Source: the human T2T-CHM13v2.0 reference genome, Homo sapiens. From it: a stretch of DNA of 64,000 bases. Every line of letters begins with the position of its first letter. Position 1 is the stretch's first letter. The stretch lies in NCBI RefSeq assembly GCF_009914755.1, contig NC_060930.1; one strand, 5' to 3'. Positions 13,130 through 27,667 of the stretch are shown in pieces. The notes beneath the pieces were generated by a model. It did no database searches. It was not told the origin of the DNA and saw only the letters and a list, made by a program, of their open reading frames with translations. The translations under genes and the position numbers were made by a program.

Positions 13130-14290
13130 TATTAGTTATTTTAAAGGTTTTGCTTGATAATTCCAAGAACTGGGCCATCTCTGTGTCTGCTTCTATGGAC
13201 CTTTTCCTTTATTGGTCATGGGCCCCATTGTCCTACCTGTTAGAACTTCTTACAGTTTTTAATTATATACAAGAAATTTTGTATAAAAGAATAATAAGCA
13301 CTAAAGTTAATGATCTTAACTTCCAGAAAATGTCATGCCTCTTCTTTTGTTTGAATGCTAATGTGGAAGTCTTCATCAATATGAAATGCAGTTGAACTAG
13401 ACTGACTTTATTGCAGCTTTAGTTATATTAAATTGACCACTGACTTCATGTGGTTTGCAGGGAAGATCTAAACTTTCCCTTCAGCGTGGCTTAGGATCTG
13501 AGCCCTAGTCAGATTCAGGAGTTTTATTTGTGCTTTAGAGCTGAACCACTACTTTTCTGTGCCAGAAATGATATCGCTCTGTTTTATAGCTCAGCTGCCA
13601 ACTTTTTGATTCACTGTAAAGAAGTCTTTGCTTTCCAGGGTCATCCTTGGTTTTCAACTCTGGATATCTCTTTTCACCCTGATTTCCATTCACCAGTCTT
13701 ACAGCTATGAAGCACTGGAGTGTGTCAAAATTTTTATCCTTCTTTGTCCCAGCCTGTGTAGCTGAGAGACCAGTGGGTCTCAACTCTCCTACTCATCACG
13801 TCCCTCCCCTTCAGTTGGCTGCTCTATTATACTTAGGGCAAGCTCTGCCTGCCTCAGGGGAATCTCTCTCAGCTCTCTTGCCTTGTTTCCAGTATTTCGG
13901 TGTGTATCATCAAGCACTTGTGGGAAAGATTTGGTGGGTGGCTGCAGATTTGCTCTGTGGTTTAGGCTTCTTAGAAATCTAAACTCTCATGCCAGCCTAC
14001 GCACAGCCATTAAAAGTTCATTAAAAGTTTAGCTGGTTTCTCCTTACCCCCTTCTACGGTAGGTACCTCCTCCCCCACTACTTCACACGACATGAAAACA
14101 TCTGTGGAACTCTTCTCTTCTGGAAAGGCTTGTCATTTTTCTGGAAATTAGTTTATTTAGGTTTTATTGCATCCTTAACTCTCTGAAGGATTTTTTAAAA
14201 GAACTATGTGTTTTTGAAGTTTACCCAACTTCTTTTGGTTGCTAAGATGAAAGCAATGATTTCCTGTGACTCTGTATTCTAACCAAAAGT
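13130..14290 (-). mobile_element. Ancient L1M 5'-region fragment
   Basis: 'ttgcttgataattccaagaactgggccatctctgtgtctgcttct' resembles antisense old-L1 5'/ORF1 sequence; heavily decayed. Confidence 0.45.
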
Positions 14291-15560
14291 CCCACATAAT
14301 ATTTTTGTAATTTGTCAATAATGTTTGTAAGTTTCTGAGTTGTGAAATATTTATCATACAAGAAAAAGTTATCGTCCACATTAAGTGTTTCCCTTTACAA
14401 TCACTTTCTTAGGTAGCAAGTTTATTTTATTTTAGGTTTAAATGCTATAATGGCAGGATACTAGATTATTTGAAGTGAATTTTTAAGATTTCTTTTTCAT
14501 TTGACCCATGCTTGATCTACAAATGCATACCCAAGTCATCATCATCCTTGAAGTATAAGATGACCTGTCCAACTGAAAATTTTGAAGAAGACATTGTGAA
14601 ATCTTTATTTTTGGGGATCAACTTCTTTGACAGTCACAACAATTTTAGAGCCAGTGACTGGACAATAAAACTGATGCCATACTTTGAACTGATACAATAA
14701 CTTTGAACAAATTAAGATTCAAATAGAGCACTTTTATGTCTGCTGTAACCGCTAACAAGCCTAAGAGTTTTCAAATACATTATCTTTCTGGTGCTTCACA
14801 ACCACTTTCTTATGTACACAACATTAGTAAAGATAATTAATATTACTCTCTTCCTACAAATTGATAAATTAAAGCTAAAGACTTGCCAGAGGTTACAAAC
14901 ATTGCTGTAGGTCTTCTAGCTCCAAGCCCATACTTATTCCACTGACATTCCTACACTACACTCTGTTAAAAACTATAGGAATGTAAACACATTTTTCAAG
15001 GTATATTGACTTTTAGAAATGGGACTTCAGTCTCAATAAAGATAATTATATGAAGGAATAAACAGTTTTGCGTAATTAAATCTTTTCTTTTTTCCCTTCT
15101 CCAAATGCATAATGTGATTTACTTCTAGAAAGAATCCTGTTCTTATTTCTTGTGGTCTTTTTATAGCAGCCATAGCACCCAGGAACTATGTAAGAAGATG
15201 AATTTACTCCAGTGTGGTGTGTGAAATGCATGGTAACTTGTCTTTTGAGCTTCATGGACAGAGGATAAATCTACATATCTAAGACTGTTTTATGGTTTTC
15301 TTGACTGTCCTCTCATATATTAGTAGTTTCCACACTCTTACCAGTAGGTCCCTATTTTCTGCGGAATAAAGTTTCAACTATTCAGCCTATCATTGAAAGA
15401 TCTGCACAATTTTATACCACCTACCTTTCTAGCCTTATCCCCTGTCACGTGATGCTTATTCTGGCTGTAAAAATCCATGAACTGTTTGCTACACATAAAG
15501 ATAAACTTTGAGGTTGTGGAAGAAACACTAGACTGAGAGTTGAAAAGCAGATTTGAGGAA

Positions 15561-15654
15561 TGTATATATCATATATTATATAATATATATAATATATTAT
15601 ATATATTATATACATAATATATTTATATATATTTTTATGTATATATATATATAT
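15561..15654. repeat. (TA)n-rich tract within a decayed MIR-like element
   Basis: Near-pure A/T alternation; flanks resemble MIR ('gaaacactagactgagagt...', 'caggctggtatagagactatcaaagttctcttcaa'). Confidence 0.8.
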
Positions 15655-15885
15655 CTTTGACTAGTTTCTAAATCTGCTTAGACCTCATGTTGTTATATCC
15701 TTGTCTATATATATTATAAACAGGCTGGTATAGAGACTATCAAAGTTCTCTTCAAATTCTAATAATTTTTTATGAAGTAGTTTTATTTCTGTTCCAACTT
15801 TTAGTTTGTTTTTGTTTCTGAAATAGCCCAAATTTTAAAAAAATGACATTGTTAATTCTCCCATGCTGTTACCTTGGGAAAGAAT

Positions 15886-15935
15886 TACTCTAGCCTGGGA
15901 GACAAAGTGAGGCTCCATCTCAAAAAAAAAAAAAA
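15886..15935 (+). mobile_element. Alu 3'-end fragment with poly(A)
   Basis: 'tactctagcctgggagacaaagtgaggctccatctc' followed by A14. Confidence 0.85.
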
Positions 15936-16944
15936 TCTAATTGTTTAAATTTATTTTAATAAAAATGTCATATGAGATTTGTTTCTTACAAGTTTGGATA
16001 TTAAAACTGCAACAGAAGCAAGTTTAAGGTTTAAGTCTTCAAGCTTACTTGTGCTTTTAAAGAAAAGACAGGAAGAGAAGCATTGACTTCACTTATAAGA
16101 ACATTTAGTTCATGAAACTTCTCAACAAATTTCCATACCTAGGGACTGAATACAGACTATGTTTCCAGGAATTTCTTATCCTCCAGTCTCACTAAGAAAG
16201 TAGCTAGACCATTTGTCAACAAAGGAGAGCATTTCTCCTGAGGTAATTTACTAACCAGATGCTGAGATGGTCATCTCCTGCCAGGGTGTATTCTGCTGCC
16301 AGGGACTACACCGTCTATTTCAGGTTTTATGAAAATCTATGTTTTAAGAGTGGCTTCAGATGCTGACATTGGTGAGGCACTGTTTTTAAACAGATAATAT
16401 ATCTGGATTGGTTCACCTCAAAATAGGTCCAGGAGACAGCCTACCCATTTCATCCAGGCAGTAGGTCTAATGCAAGTTTTCTCCTTTCCTTGCTTTTGGC
16501 ATCACCCATCCCTGCCAATGACAATTGAATGACTTCAGTTAAGTTCAGTAAGCCAACTCAAATGAACTATTACTGGTAATTTAATTGGACATAGAGCTAA
16601 TTTTTCTGAAAATATTCTTTCTTAGGGCCAAAAACTTATGATTTTTTGATAAGAAATTAAGCACTTGATCTGAACTTTTGCTTGCACAGAATTCTTCTGG
16701 TGCCTTGTCTGTAGTAACAATTTCAGGTCCTTGAATATCTACTTTATGAAAGCAATCACTGACTAAAACGCCAAATAGTAAAATGATGTTTCTTGCATAA
16801 GTTATTCATTAACATAATCATAGTCATTTAGAAGTATAGCCATCAACAAAATCTTAGATAAAAATGATTTCAGCACTTTTACTGGAAATGAGAAAAATAA
16901 ATGAAAATTGAATTCTTATTTTTGAACGAGAACCTACAACAAAC

Positions 16945-17100
16945 CTACTTTGTACATTATCTACCTAAATTTAATCCCATGCTAGCCTTATGAGATAGAA
17001 TTGTTCATCTTTTTGAACAATGGAAATAAGATGTGGAAATACTCTGCTTCTTGCCGAGGTCACTGAATCCAGGTCTTCCTGACTGTTAAGCTCCATGCTT
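16945..17100 (-). mobile_element. MIR fragment
   Basis: 'ctttgtacattatctacctaaatttaatcc...ccttatgagatag', 'ttgccgaggtcac', 'gaatccaggtcttcctgact'. Confidence 0.6.
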
Positions 17101-17159
17101 TTTTAGGACACCTTACTGAGACCCACTTAAATCGTTTTTTGACCCAGAAAAAGTTTGCT

Positions 17160-17280
17160 GGCCAGATGTGGTGGCTCACACCTGCAATCCCAGCACTTTG
17201 GAGGGCCAATGAAGAAGGATCACTTGAGATGAGTTCGAGACTAGCCTGAACAATATCACAAGAACCCCCACCAAGAAAAA
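17160..17280 (+). mobile_element. Alu left monomer (FLAM/AluJ-like)
   Basis: 'ggccagatgtggtggctcacacctgcaatcccagcactttgg...gagttcgagactagcctg'. Confidence 0.85.
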
Positions 17281-18546
17281 CCTTCAATTTTATCTGAATT
17301 GGAGGAAGGGGTTGAGCCAACTAAAAAGTATCAGTAGAGAAAAAAAATTATTTCAAGGATGAATATCTGTCTTTGAAATTGGTTAACTTTTAAATATAAT
17401 TTTAATCAAACAAATACTTCACTCTTTAAAAAACAAAAAGAAAAAATATGTAGAAAGTAAATTTTTAAAATTGTAATGAAGCAACAAAGATACATGCAAT
17501 AGTTATAGAAGTGAGATACTCGTTTACTCTTTTGTTCTTCAAGCCTTTATTTTAAAAAAGCTTTTTTTAGCAGAGAAAGTTAAGACAAAGGCTAAATACA
17601 TGCATCAGAGCAAAAATCATAAGGCATAAGAGTGAAATTTAAACTATCTTAACTAACTCATAGCACTGATGTGAAAATAAATTGAGTATATTCTGTCTTA
17701 AGTTATATACAAGTATCCTAAATAAATTTTGGTTAGTACATATTAAATTGACTCTATTTTTGTCTTGATATATCGAACTAGGTCCTAATAAGATTAAGAA
17801 AGAGCTTGACAGAGGAGACAAACATTTTCATTTGTTAAGAATCAGGCAAATTCATGATTGACATTTGGACTTATTTATCTTATGGGACTTATCGAAGTGA
17901 AAGTGAGAACAGAAGAAATCTTACAGTTTTGTCCCCCCGAAGTTATAAAGATTCATTTCCTAAAAGTCAGAACCAAAATGACACAGACACTGGACTGAGA
18001 GGAGTGAATTAAGCACAAATTATAGAATTTCTTAAACATACCAGACTCTTTTTTTTCCTATAATAAAATGTGGCAGTGTAGTACTTCAGGTTTTTTACAA
18101 CTTGGATGTACTCTAGTTTGAGGTTGTGCTATAAAACTGGAAGCTTCCAGAAGCTGTGGGCACATGGTTTTATTGGATAGTGAGAGATGCTTGCTGCTGA
18201 TGAATCATTATTTCTTCAAATTTTTTAAATTCACTAATATTAACATCACTGTGTCATTATTCACTGTGTGGTGTGTAAGAAGGGACATTTTTTATCTAAC
18301 TCATTCCACATAGTCAGGGATTAGGAATGGGTCATTTTCATCCAGGAAGCAAAGGCCCGGGTGTTACTGAAAATGAAGAGAGTGTAACTGTGGAAATAAA
18401 TCCAGTCACCTCTATGTCTCCTCCATTACTCAATACCAAAATGAAAAGAAAAATGCCATCCTTTGAGCCATAGCCACTATAAACTATAAGTGAAACATAT
18501 ATGCTAAGTTAGGTAGAAATTGATGATTATGTTTTCTTTTATAGAA

Positions 18547-18547
<1 letters not shown>

Positions 18548-18585
<38 letters not shown>

Positions 18586-18586
18586 T
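18548..18586. repeat. (TG)n microsatellite
   Basis: About 15 pure TG units followed by an interrupted TG tail. Confidence 0.97.
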
Positions 18587-19294
18587 CTGGTATAATACAA
18601 CTCATTCTATGAAAAAAATACAGAAATTGAAAAATTTGTGTAAAATGATTTCCATATTCTGTATTTGCTCTCATATATACTAAAGTGTAACCAATTACCG
18701 AGTTCCCAGCCAGACGAATTTCAAATTGATATACATACAAATGAGGTTATTCTATGTTAGTCAGCAAATCATTATCAAGGATTTTTCATTGTTCTATTGG
18801 AAGGGAATAAGTGGCAGAAAAAAATTCTAATATTATTTATTATCCAATCTGAAAACTCATTGTAGATTATCTCTTAAATTGACTCTTGTTTTGATGATAA
18901 ATTAATTCATAGGACTTTAATTTGCAGAAAAATGGAAACCTTCCTTAAGATTTATTTTTTAAAGAAAAGTAACAAATTTCTTAATTTGATGCCAGTTTTT
19001 CTCCTTTACTAACACTATATTCAATAGCTAAGGGGATAAAACAGATAATTTATATGTGATGTAGCAAAAAGCTCACCAAATAACTAAAAAGTACAAAGTA
19101 GTCTAACATTTACATTTTTTAATCTAGATTTTTTGCATTATTAAAGTTGATAAAATTATATATCTTTCTAAATTCCTGCTGAGTTTGTGTAAAATATTAT
19201 TTCAACTTTACAGTCATGAAGACAGTCAAGTGATGTATGTGTATGGCACACAATAAGACGTGACTAGTCAGTGTGCTCTACAATTTTTCTTAAA

Positions 19295-19465
19295 CTCTGG
19301 TTCCTAATTCTGACTCTCATTCCTATTTTTCTGGGGCTTTTTAAAACTACCAATGCTTAGGCTCCACGCCAACTAATTGAATAAGAACTTATGGTTCTGG
19401 GTAACCAGCCTTCCAATTTTCTGTAATGTCCCAGTAGTTCTAAGTTGAACCCAGGGTTGAAAAGT
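19295..19465. mobile_element. MER5-like hAT MITE
   Basis: 'ctggggctttttaaaactaccaatgcttaggctccac', 'cccagggttgaaaa'. Confidence 0.5.
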
Positions 19466-19821
19466 AGTTCCGTCTTTCAACGATATAGGAAAATGAGATT
19501 GTTAAAGGGTACAATACAAAGGAATCTCAAAATCCTACCGACTTATCCAGTGGATTGAATTCTAATATTCTATTAAATAAATGAAGGACATTTTCATCTG
19601 TAGCCAATAACAGTTGACCATGTCCCACTTAGGATGAGAAAATATTTAAATAGCTTCATTTAGTTGGCAGAAATCCAGCAAATACACTGCTGCATGTTAA
19701 GTAGCTTCTTCCACATTGAATTCAAGGGTTAGGAAATGCATTCATTTATTCATCAAAGACCTTTGTAGATTTAATAATTATGTGCCAGGAATCATTCCCA
19801 GATGGAATCATGAAATTAAGT

Positions 19822-20133
19822 TGCCGGGCGCGGTGGCTCACGCCTGTAATCCCAGCACTTTGGGAGGCTGAGGAGGGCAGATCACGAGGTCAGGAGATCG
19901 AGACCATCCTGGCTAACATGGTGAAACCCCGTCTCTACTAAAAATACAAAAAATTAGCCTGGCGTAGTGGCGGGCGCCTGTAGTCCCAGCTACTTGGGAG
20001 GCTGAGGAAGGAGAATGGCGTGAACCCAGCAGGCGGAGGTTGCAGTTAGCCAATATCGTGCTACTGCACTCCAGCATGGGCGACAGAGCAAGACTCCGTC
20101 TCAAAAAAAAAAAAAAAAAAAAAAAAGGAAAAA
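19822..20133 (+). mobile_element. AluY full length
   Basis: AluY diagnostics 'gagatcgagaccatcctggctaac' and 'agaatggcgtgaaccc'; CpG-rich; A24 tail; TSD gaaattaagt at 19812-19821 and 20134-20143. Confidence 0.97.
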
Positions 20134-20189
20134 GAAATTAAGTCAAATATGACCTCTCCATTTAGTAATTGTTAGTAAGAATGTGTATG

Positions 20190-20815
20190 TTTATTCAATA
20201 TATATAATTGAGTCCCATTATGTAGCAAAAATTTTTCTTAGAATAGATACCTCATAAAACAAAGAGGTAAAAACCCATGCTCTATGAAGCTTGTTTTCCA
20301 GGGGGAATGTAGGAAATATTAGATGTGAAAAAAAATGAAAGCAATGAAGGAGAATATGGAGTGTTGGCAGGAAAAAAGATGGGTACAGTGTAAATGGGAT
20401 ATTTGGAAAGGCCTCATTGAAAATGTGACATTTAAGAAAGCACCTGAAAAACAGAAGGGGTAAGCCATGCAATTATTTGTAGAAGAGAGTTCCAGGTAAA
20501 GAAAACGCAAATGCAAATATTCAGAGCCAGAGACTTATCTAGGATGTTCGAGGAAGAGTGAGGCAACCAGCCACGGTGGATGGAACAGAGGAAATGAGAG
20601 AGTTATATGAGGTGAGGTCAAAGAAGTGACAGTGGTCATATGGCATGGGGACTAGTTAGGACTTGGATGTTCTGGGGAGCTGGTGAAGGGTTTTCAGTAA
20701 GAGACTGAAAAGATCTGATTTTCCTTTTAAACAAATTACTATAGTTATTGTGCTTAGGATTGACTGAAGGGAGCACATATGGAAGGAGGAGAACAGTTAA
20801 ACTATTATTATACAA
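20190..20815 (-). mobile_element. L2a 3' portion
   Basis: Antisense L2 motifs 'ggaaaggcctcattgaaaatgtgacatttaag', 'gttccaggtaaagaaaacgcaaatgcaaa', 'aagatctgattttcctttt'. Confidence 0.7.
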
Positions 20816-21329
20816 GATTCCAGCTTAGATGTGCCCTCTGCAGAAGATGTTCTGGTAGTAGAAAGAAAGAGACATATGCTTTTACCAAAGTGTTCAAGGG
20901 AGGCTTTATAAAAGTGTGTGTGTTTCATGAATCTTCAAATCATAAATAGGAGTAGATCATCTGGAAAGAAGGAAAAGGACATTCTTCAAAAAAGGGAAAA
21001 TAAACAAAAGTGTACAGCTACCATGGTGCATTTAGGAGTGATTTATTATACATTAAAGTGCGGCATGCATGGCATGGGTGGGGCGATTGGGACTGGGATA
21101 GAGACTGGAGATCCTCCTGTACTATTCTGAGTAGTTTGAACTTTATCTTACAAGCAATAAAGGAAAATTTAGAGTTTTTAGCTAATCTGAAACAATGTGG
21201 AAGAAAGGTTAGAATGAGGGGCAATTGGAGACAGACACAAATTATAAGATTTTTTGTTTTGTTTTGTCTTGTTTTGTTTTTACTGTGACCATAGTCTATT
21301 AGAGAATATAAGTAAGTATTCACAATTAT

Positions 21330-21716
21330 GGTGAGAGAGCTATAACAATAGCGTACAAAGAATTCAATAGGGGAGGAAGAAGAGGAAGCAAGTTAAGCTA
21401 AGTACAAACATCAAGAATGGCTTCACCAAGGAAGTAATCTTTAAACTATATCTTGAGAAATTACCAAATTATTTTTTATTATACATGGTGAAGAGAAATT
21501 CCAGGCAAAGAGAGTATCACAGGCACAGAGACCTGAAAAAACATGACAAATTAGAGGATGTAAAAGACTAATTTAAGCACAGGACATAAGTAGAAAAAGG
21601 GCCAAGAAGGCAGAAGACAAGGGCAAATGATTTTATGGAGTATAAACATGGTTCTCTAGGCAATGGAGAGAGAATGAAAGACATTAAGTGTGATCAGATT
21701 ATGCTTAGATGTGTGT
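21330..21716 (-). mobile_element. Decayed L2 (host of the later L1/ERV insertions; continues at 23409-23473, 38412-38490, 39545-39790)
   Basis: 'ggcttcaccaaggaagtaatctttaaact', 'aattccaggcaaagag', 'ctctaggcaatggagag', 'ttagatgtgtgtttta'. Confidence 0.5.
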
Positions 21717-23408
21717 TTTATTTTATTTTTTATTATACTTTAAGTTCTAGGGTACATGTGAACAACGTGCAGGTTTGTTACATATGTATACATGTGTCAT
21801 GCTGGTGTGCTGCACCCATTAACTCGTCATTTACATTAGGTATATCCCCTAATGCTATCCCTCCCCCCCTCCCCCCACCCCACAACAGGCCCCCGTGTGT
21901 GATGTTCCCCTTCCTATGTCCAAGTGTTCTCATTGTTCAATTCCCACCTATAACTGAGAACATGCAGTGTTTGGTTTTTTGTCCCTGCAATAGTTTGCTG
22001 AGAATGCTGATTTCCAGCTTCATCCATGTCCCTACAAAGGACACGAATTCGTCCTTTTTTATGGCTGCATAGTATTCTATGGTGTATATGTGCCACATTT
22101 TCTTAATCCAGTCTATCATTGTTGGACATTTGGGTTGGTTCCAAGTCTTTGCTAATGTGCATAGTGCCGCAATAAACATACGTGTGCATGTGTTTTTATA
22201 GCAGCATGATTTATAATCCTTTGGATATATAACCAGTAATGGGATGGCTGGGTCAAATGTATTTCTAGTTCTAGATCCTTGAGGAATCGCTACACTGTCT
22301 TCCACAATGGTTGAACTAGTTTACAGTCCCACCACAGTGTAAAAGTTTTCCTATTTCTCCACATTCTCTCCAGCACCTGTTGTTTCCTGACTTTTTAATG
22401 ATCGCCATTCTAACTGGTGTGAGATGGTATCTCATTGTGGTTTTGATTTGCATTTCTCTGATGGCCAGTGATAATGAGCATTTTTTCATGTGTCTTTTGG
22501 CTGCATAAATGTCTTCTTTTGAGAAGTGTCTGTTCATATCCTTCACCCACTTTTTGATGGGGTTGTTTGTTTTTTTCTTGTAAATTTGTTTGAGTTCTTT
22601 ATAGATTCTGGATATTAGCCCTTTGTCAGATGAGTAGATAGCAAAAATTTTCTCCCATTCTGTAGGCTGCCTGTTCACTCTGATGGTAGTTTCTTTTGCT
22701 ATGCAGAAACTCTTTAGTTTAATTAGATCCCATTTGTCAATTTTGGCTTTTGTTGCCATTGCTTTTGGTGTTTTAGACATGAAGTTCTTGCCCATGCCTA
22801 TGTCCTGAATGGTATTGCCTAGGTTTTCTTCTAGGGTTTTTATGGTTTTAGGTCTGACATTTAAGTCTTTAATCCATCTTGAATTAATTTTTACATAAGG
22901 TGTAAGGAAGGGATCCAGTTTCAGCTTTCTCCATATGGCTAGCCAGTTTTCCCAGCACCATTTATTAAATAGGGAATCCTTTCCCCATTTCTTGTTTTTG
23001 TCAGGTTTGTCAAAGATCAGATGGTTGTAGGTGTGTGGTATTATTTCTGAGGGCTCTATTCTGTTCCATTGGTCTATCTCTGTTTTTGTACAAGTACCAT
23101 GCTGTTTTGGTTACTGTAGCCTTGTAGTATAGTTTGACGTCAGGTAGCGTGACGCCTCCAGCTTTGTTCTGTTGCCTTAGGATTGTCTTGGCAATGCGGG
23201 CTCTTTTTTGGTTCCATATGAACTTTAAAGTAGTTTTTTCCAATTATGTGAAGAAAGTCATTGGTAGCTTGATGGAGATGGTATTGAATCCATAAATTAC
23301 CTTGGGAGTATAGCCATTTTTACGATATTGATTCTTCCTATCCATGAGCATGGAATGTTCTTCCATTTGTTTTTGTCCTCTTTTATTTCGTTGAGCAGTG
23401 GTTTGTAG
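21717..23408 (-). mobile_element. 5'-truncated L1PA4/5-like LINE-1
   Basis: Poly(T) then 'ttatactttaagttctagggtacatgtg'; ORF2 C-terminal peptides in the ORF track (22316-22795, 21937-22305). Confidence 0.95.
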
Positions 23409-23473
23409 ACCTCCAACCTGCTCTGTAGCAGTGCTCAGGAACAACTGAGATTTGCTGAGACTAAAGGAAGAAT

Positions 23474-24262
<789 letters not shown>

Positions 24263-24265
24263 TTT

Positions 24266-24283
24266 TGGTGACCACGAAGGGAC
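24266..24283 (+). other. Primer binding site, tRNA-Arg type
   Basis: TGGTGACCACGAAGGGAC directly after the LTR; complements the tRNA-Arg(TCG) 3' end as I recall it, with one CpG-type transition; splice donor G|GTGAGT follows at 24294. Confidence 0.8.
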
Positions 24284-24980
24284 ATCCAAAGTGGTGAGTA
24301 ATATTGAACCACTTTCGCTTGCTATTCTGTCCTATCCTTCCTTAGAATTGGAGGAAAATACCGGGCACCTGTGGGCCAGTTAAAAACAATTAGCATGGCT
24401 GCGGGACTTAAGACCCAGGTGTGAGGCTATCTGGGGAAGGGCTTTCTAACAACCCCCAACACTTCTGGTTTGGGGACACTGGCCTGCCTCGAGCCAGCTT
24501 CCACTTTCAGTTTTCTTGGGGAAGCCAAGGGCCGACTAGAGGCAGAAAGCTGTCGGCCCGAACTCCCGGCAGTAGCCGGTTGAGATCATGGCGCAGCCAG
24601 AAGTCTCTACTCAACAGTTGCCCATGCGTGCGCCCCTACATTTCCTTCTGACCCATACCTCTCCTTCTGATCCATACCTCCTGGGTCCCAACCACAACTT
24701 TCTTCAAAGTGTAGCCCCAAAATTCTCCTTACCTCTGAATCTATTTCCTCTGATTTCTGCCTCCTGGGTACTAATGGTTCAGACTTCCATTTCCTCTAGC
24801 AAGTTGTATCTCCAAAGGAATCTAAGGAAGCTCTATGATGTGTCCTTAGGCACCTAGGCTATAACCCAGGGAGTCTTATCCCTGGTGTCCCTCCCAATTT
24901 AGGTATATAGCTCTTGAATGGGCAGTTATGTGGGACCCATTCCCCACCACCCTTGCCAGGGCCCCAAGTTTGTAATGGCT

Positions 24981-25116
24981 AAGAGAGAGACACGGAGAGA
25001 GAGAGAGAGGGAGAGAGAGAGAGAGTCAGAGAGAGAAAGAGACAGAGAGAGAGACAAAGAGGGAGTCAAAGAGCAAAAGAAAGAAAAAGAAATAGTTAAA
25101 AAAAAAAAAAAAAAAA
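24981..25116 (+). repeat. (GA)n/A-rich purine tract in the HERV-W leader
   Basis: Imperfect GA repeats ending in A19. Confidence 0.9.
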
Positions 25117-26211
25117 GTGTGCCCTATTCCTTTAAAAGCCAGGGTAAATTTAAATCCTGTAATGATAATTGAAGGTCTTCTCCGTGACACTATAAAACTT
25201 CAATGCTACTTTGTTGTCAGTGTAAATAAGGGCATAGCCCGAAAGCACTGAGGCCACTGACAATCCATAGCTTTCCTATCAAAAATCCTTAACCCAGTAA
25301 CCCACGGATGGGCCAAATGCATTCAGTTAGTAGCAGCAACTGCTTTGCTAAAAGTAGAAAAGTAACTTTTAGAGGAAACCTCATTGTGAGCACACCTCAC
25401 CAGTTCAGAATTACTCTAAGTCAAAAAAAAAAAAAAAAAAAAAAGGAAAAAGGTAGCTTACTAACTCAAAAATCTTAAAGTATGGGTCTATTATGTTAGA
25501 AAAGGGTAATGTAACTCCAACCACTGATAATTCCCTTAACCCAGCAGATTTCCTAACAAGGGATTTAAATTTTAATTACCATACAAAGGTCTGACCAGAC
25601 CTAGGAGGAACTCCCTTCAGGACAGGACTATAGATGTTTCCTCCCAGGTGATTGAGGAAAAAACCACAATGGGTATTCAGTAATTGATACGGAGACTCTT
25701 GTAGAAGCAGAGTTAGAAAAATTGCCTAATAACTGGTCTCCTCAAATGTGCGAGCTGTTTGCACTTAGCCAAACCTTAAAGTACTTACAGAATCAAAAAC
25801 ACTATCCGAATCCTGACTCAAAAGGTTACCTACACCCTCTCTGAAATGAATTTGCATAAGAACTGCTTTTATGGGAATGCATCTTGATGGGGCAGCTGGG
25901 TTGTTATGAAATACTCAGGAACCCAGCCCAGCTCTAGGACTCACCCCTGAGTGCAAAGGCAATGTTGGGCACGCTGGTAAAGGACCACTAGAATCCAGCA
26001 GCCCAGACCCCTTTCTTTGTGGTCAAGAGAGGTGGGAAAACAGATGCAGGACTGCTACATCAGTGAGCATAACTAATCTGATAAGCAGAGGTCCATGGGT
26101 TGTTACGCACCCTGGGAAGGAATAAGCATTAGGACCATAGAGGACGCTCTAGGACTAATGCTCATCAGAAAATGACTAGGGGTGCTGGAATCCCTATGTT
26201 CTTTTTTTCAG

Positions 26212-27667
26212 ATGGGAAACATTTCCCCCAAGGCAAAAACACCCCTAAGATGCATTCTGGCGAATTAGGACCAATTTGACCCTCAGACACTAAGAAAGAA
26301 ATGACTTATATTGTGCACTGCAGCCTGGCCACAATACCCTCTTCAATGGGGAGAAACCTGGCCTTCTGCGGGAGGTATAAATTATAACATCATCTTACAG
26401 CTAGACCCCTTTTGTAGGAAAAAGGTAAATGGAGTGAAATGCCATATGTGCAAACTTTCTTTTCATTAAGAGACAACTTGCAATTATGTAAAAAGTGTGG
26501 TTTATGCCCTACAGGAAGCCCTCAGAGTTTACCTCCCTATCCCAGCTTCCCCCCACTCCTTCCCCAACTAATAAGGACCCCCCTTCAACCCAAATGGTCT
26601 AAAAGGAGATAGATAAAGGGGTAAACAATGAAGCAAACAGTGCCAATATTCCCGATTATGCCCCCTGCAAGCAGTGGGAGGAGGAGAATTTGGCCCAGCG
26701 AGAGTGCATGTACCTTTTTCTCTCTCAGACTTAAACCAAATTAAAATAGACCTAGGTAAATTCTCAGATAACTCTGATGGCTATACTGATATTTTACAAG
26801 GGTTAAGACAATCCTTTGATCTGACATGGAGAGATACGTTACTGCTAAATCAGACACTAGCCCCAAATAATAGAAGTGCCGCCATAACTGCAGCCCAAGA
26901 ATTTGGCGATCTCTGGTATCTCAGTCAGGTCAATGATAGGATGACAACAGAGGAAAGGGAAAAAATTCCCCCACAGGCCAGCAGGCAGTTCCCAGTGTAG
27001 ACCCTCACTGGGACACAGAATCAGAACGTGGAGATTGGTGCCACAGACATTTGCTAACTTGCGTGCTAAAAGGACTAAGGAAAACTAGGAAGACTATGAA
27101 TTATTCAATGATATCCACTATAACACAGGGAAAGGAAGAAAATCCTACCGCCTTTCTGGAGAGACTAAGGGAGGCATTGAGGAAGCATACCTCTCAGTCA
27201 TCTGACTCTATTGAAGGCCAACTAATCTTAAAGGATTAGTTTATCACTCAGTGAGCTGCAGACGTTAGAAAAAAAAACTTCAAAATCTGCCTTAGGCCCG
27301 GAGCAAAACTTAGAAACCCTATTGAACTTGGCAACCTTGGTTTTTTATAATAGAGATCAGGAGGAGCAGGCAGAATGGGACAAATGGGATAAAAAAAAAA
27401 GAAGGCCACCGCTTTAGCCATGGCCCTCAGGCAAGTGGACTTTGGAGGCTCTGGAAAAGGGAAAAGCTGAGAAAATTGAATGCCTAATAGGGCTTGCTTC
27501 CAGTGTGGTCTACAAGGACACTTTAAAAAAGATTGTCCAAGTAGAAGTAAACTGCCCCCTCATCCATGCCTCTTATGTCAAGGAAATCACTGGAAGGCCC
27601 ACTGCCCCAGGGGTGAAGTTCCTCTGAGTCAAAAGCCACTAACCGGATGATCCAGCAGCAGGACTGA
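26212..27667 (+). pseudogene. gag: HERV-W gag (stops and frameshifts)
   Basis: ATGGGAAAC start; capsid 'QGKEENPTAFLERLREALRKHT'; zinc knuckles CFQCGLQGHFKKDC (27495-27536) and CLLCQGNHWKAHC; ends QQQD-TGA. Confidence 0.9.

Noticed and set aside
7211-20104. Several 60-134 aa ORFs (e.g. 7211, 8999, 11193, 12991, 19913)
   Set aside because: Translations of Alu sequence (LALSPRLECS-type peptides).
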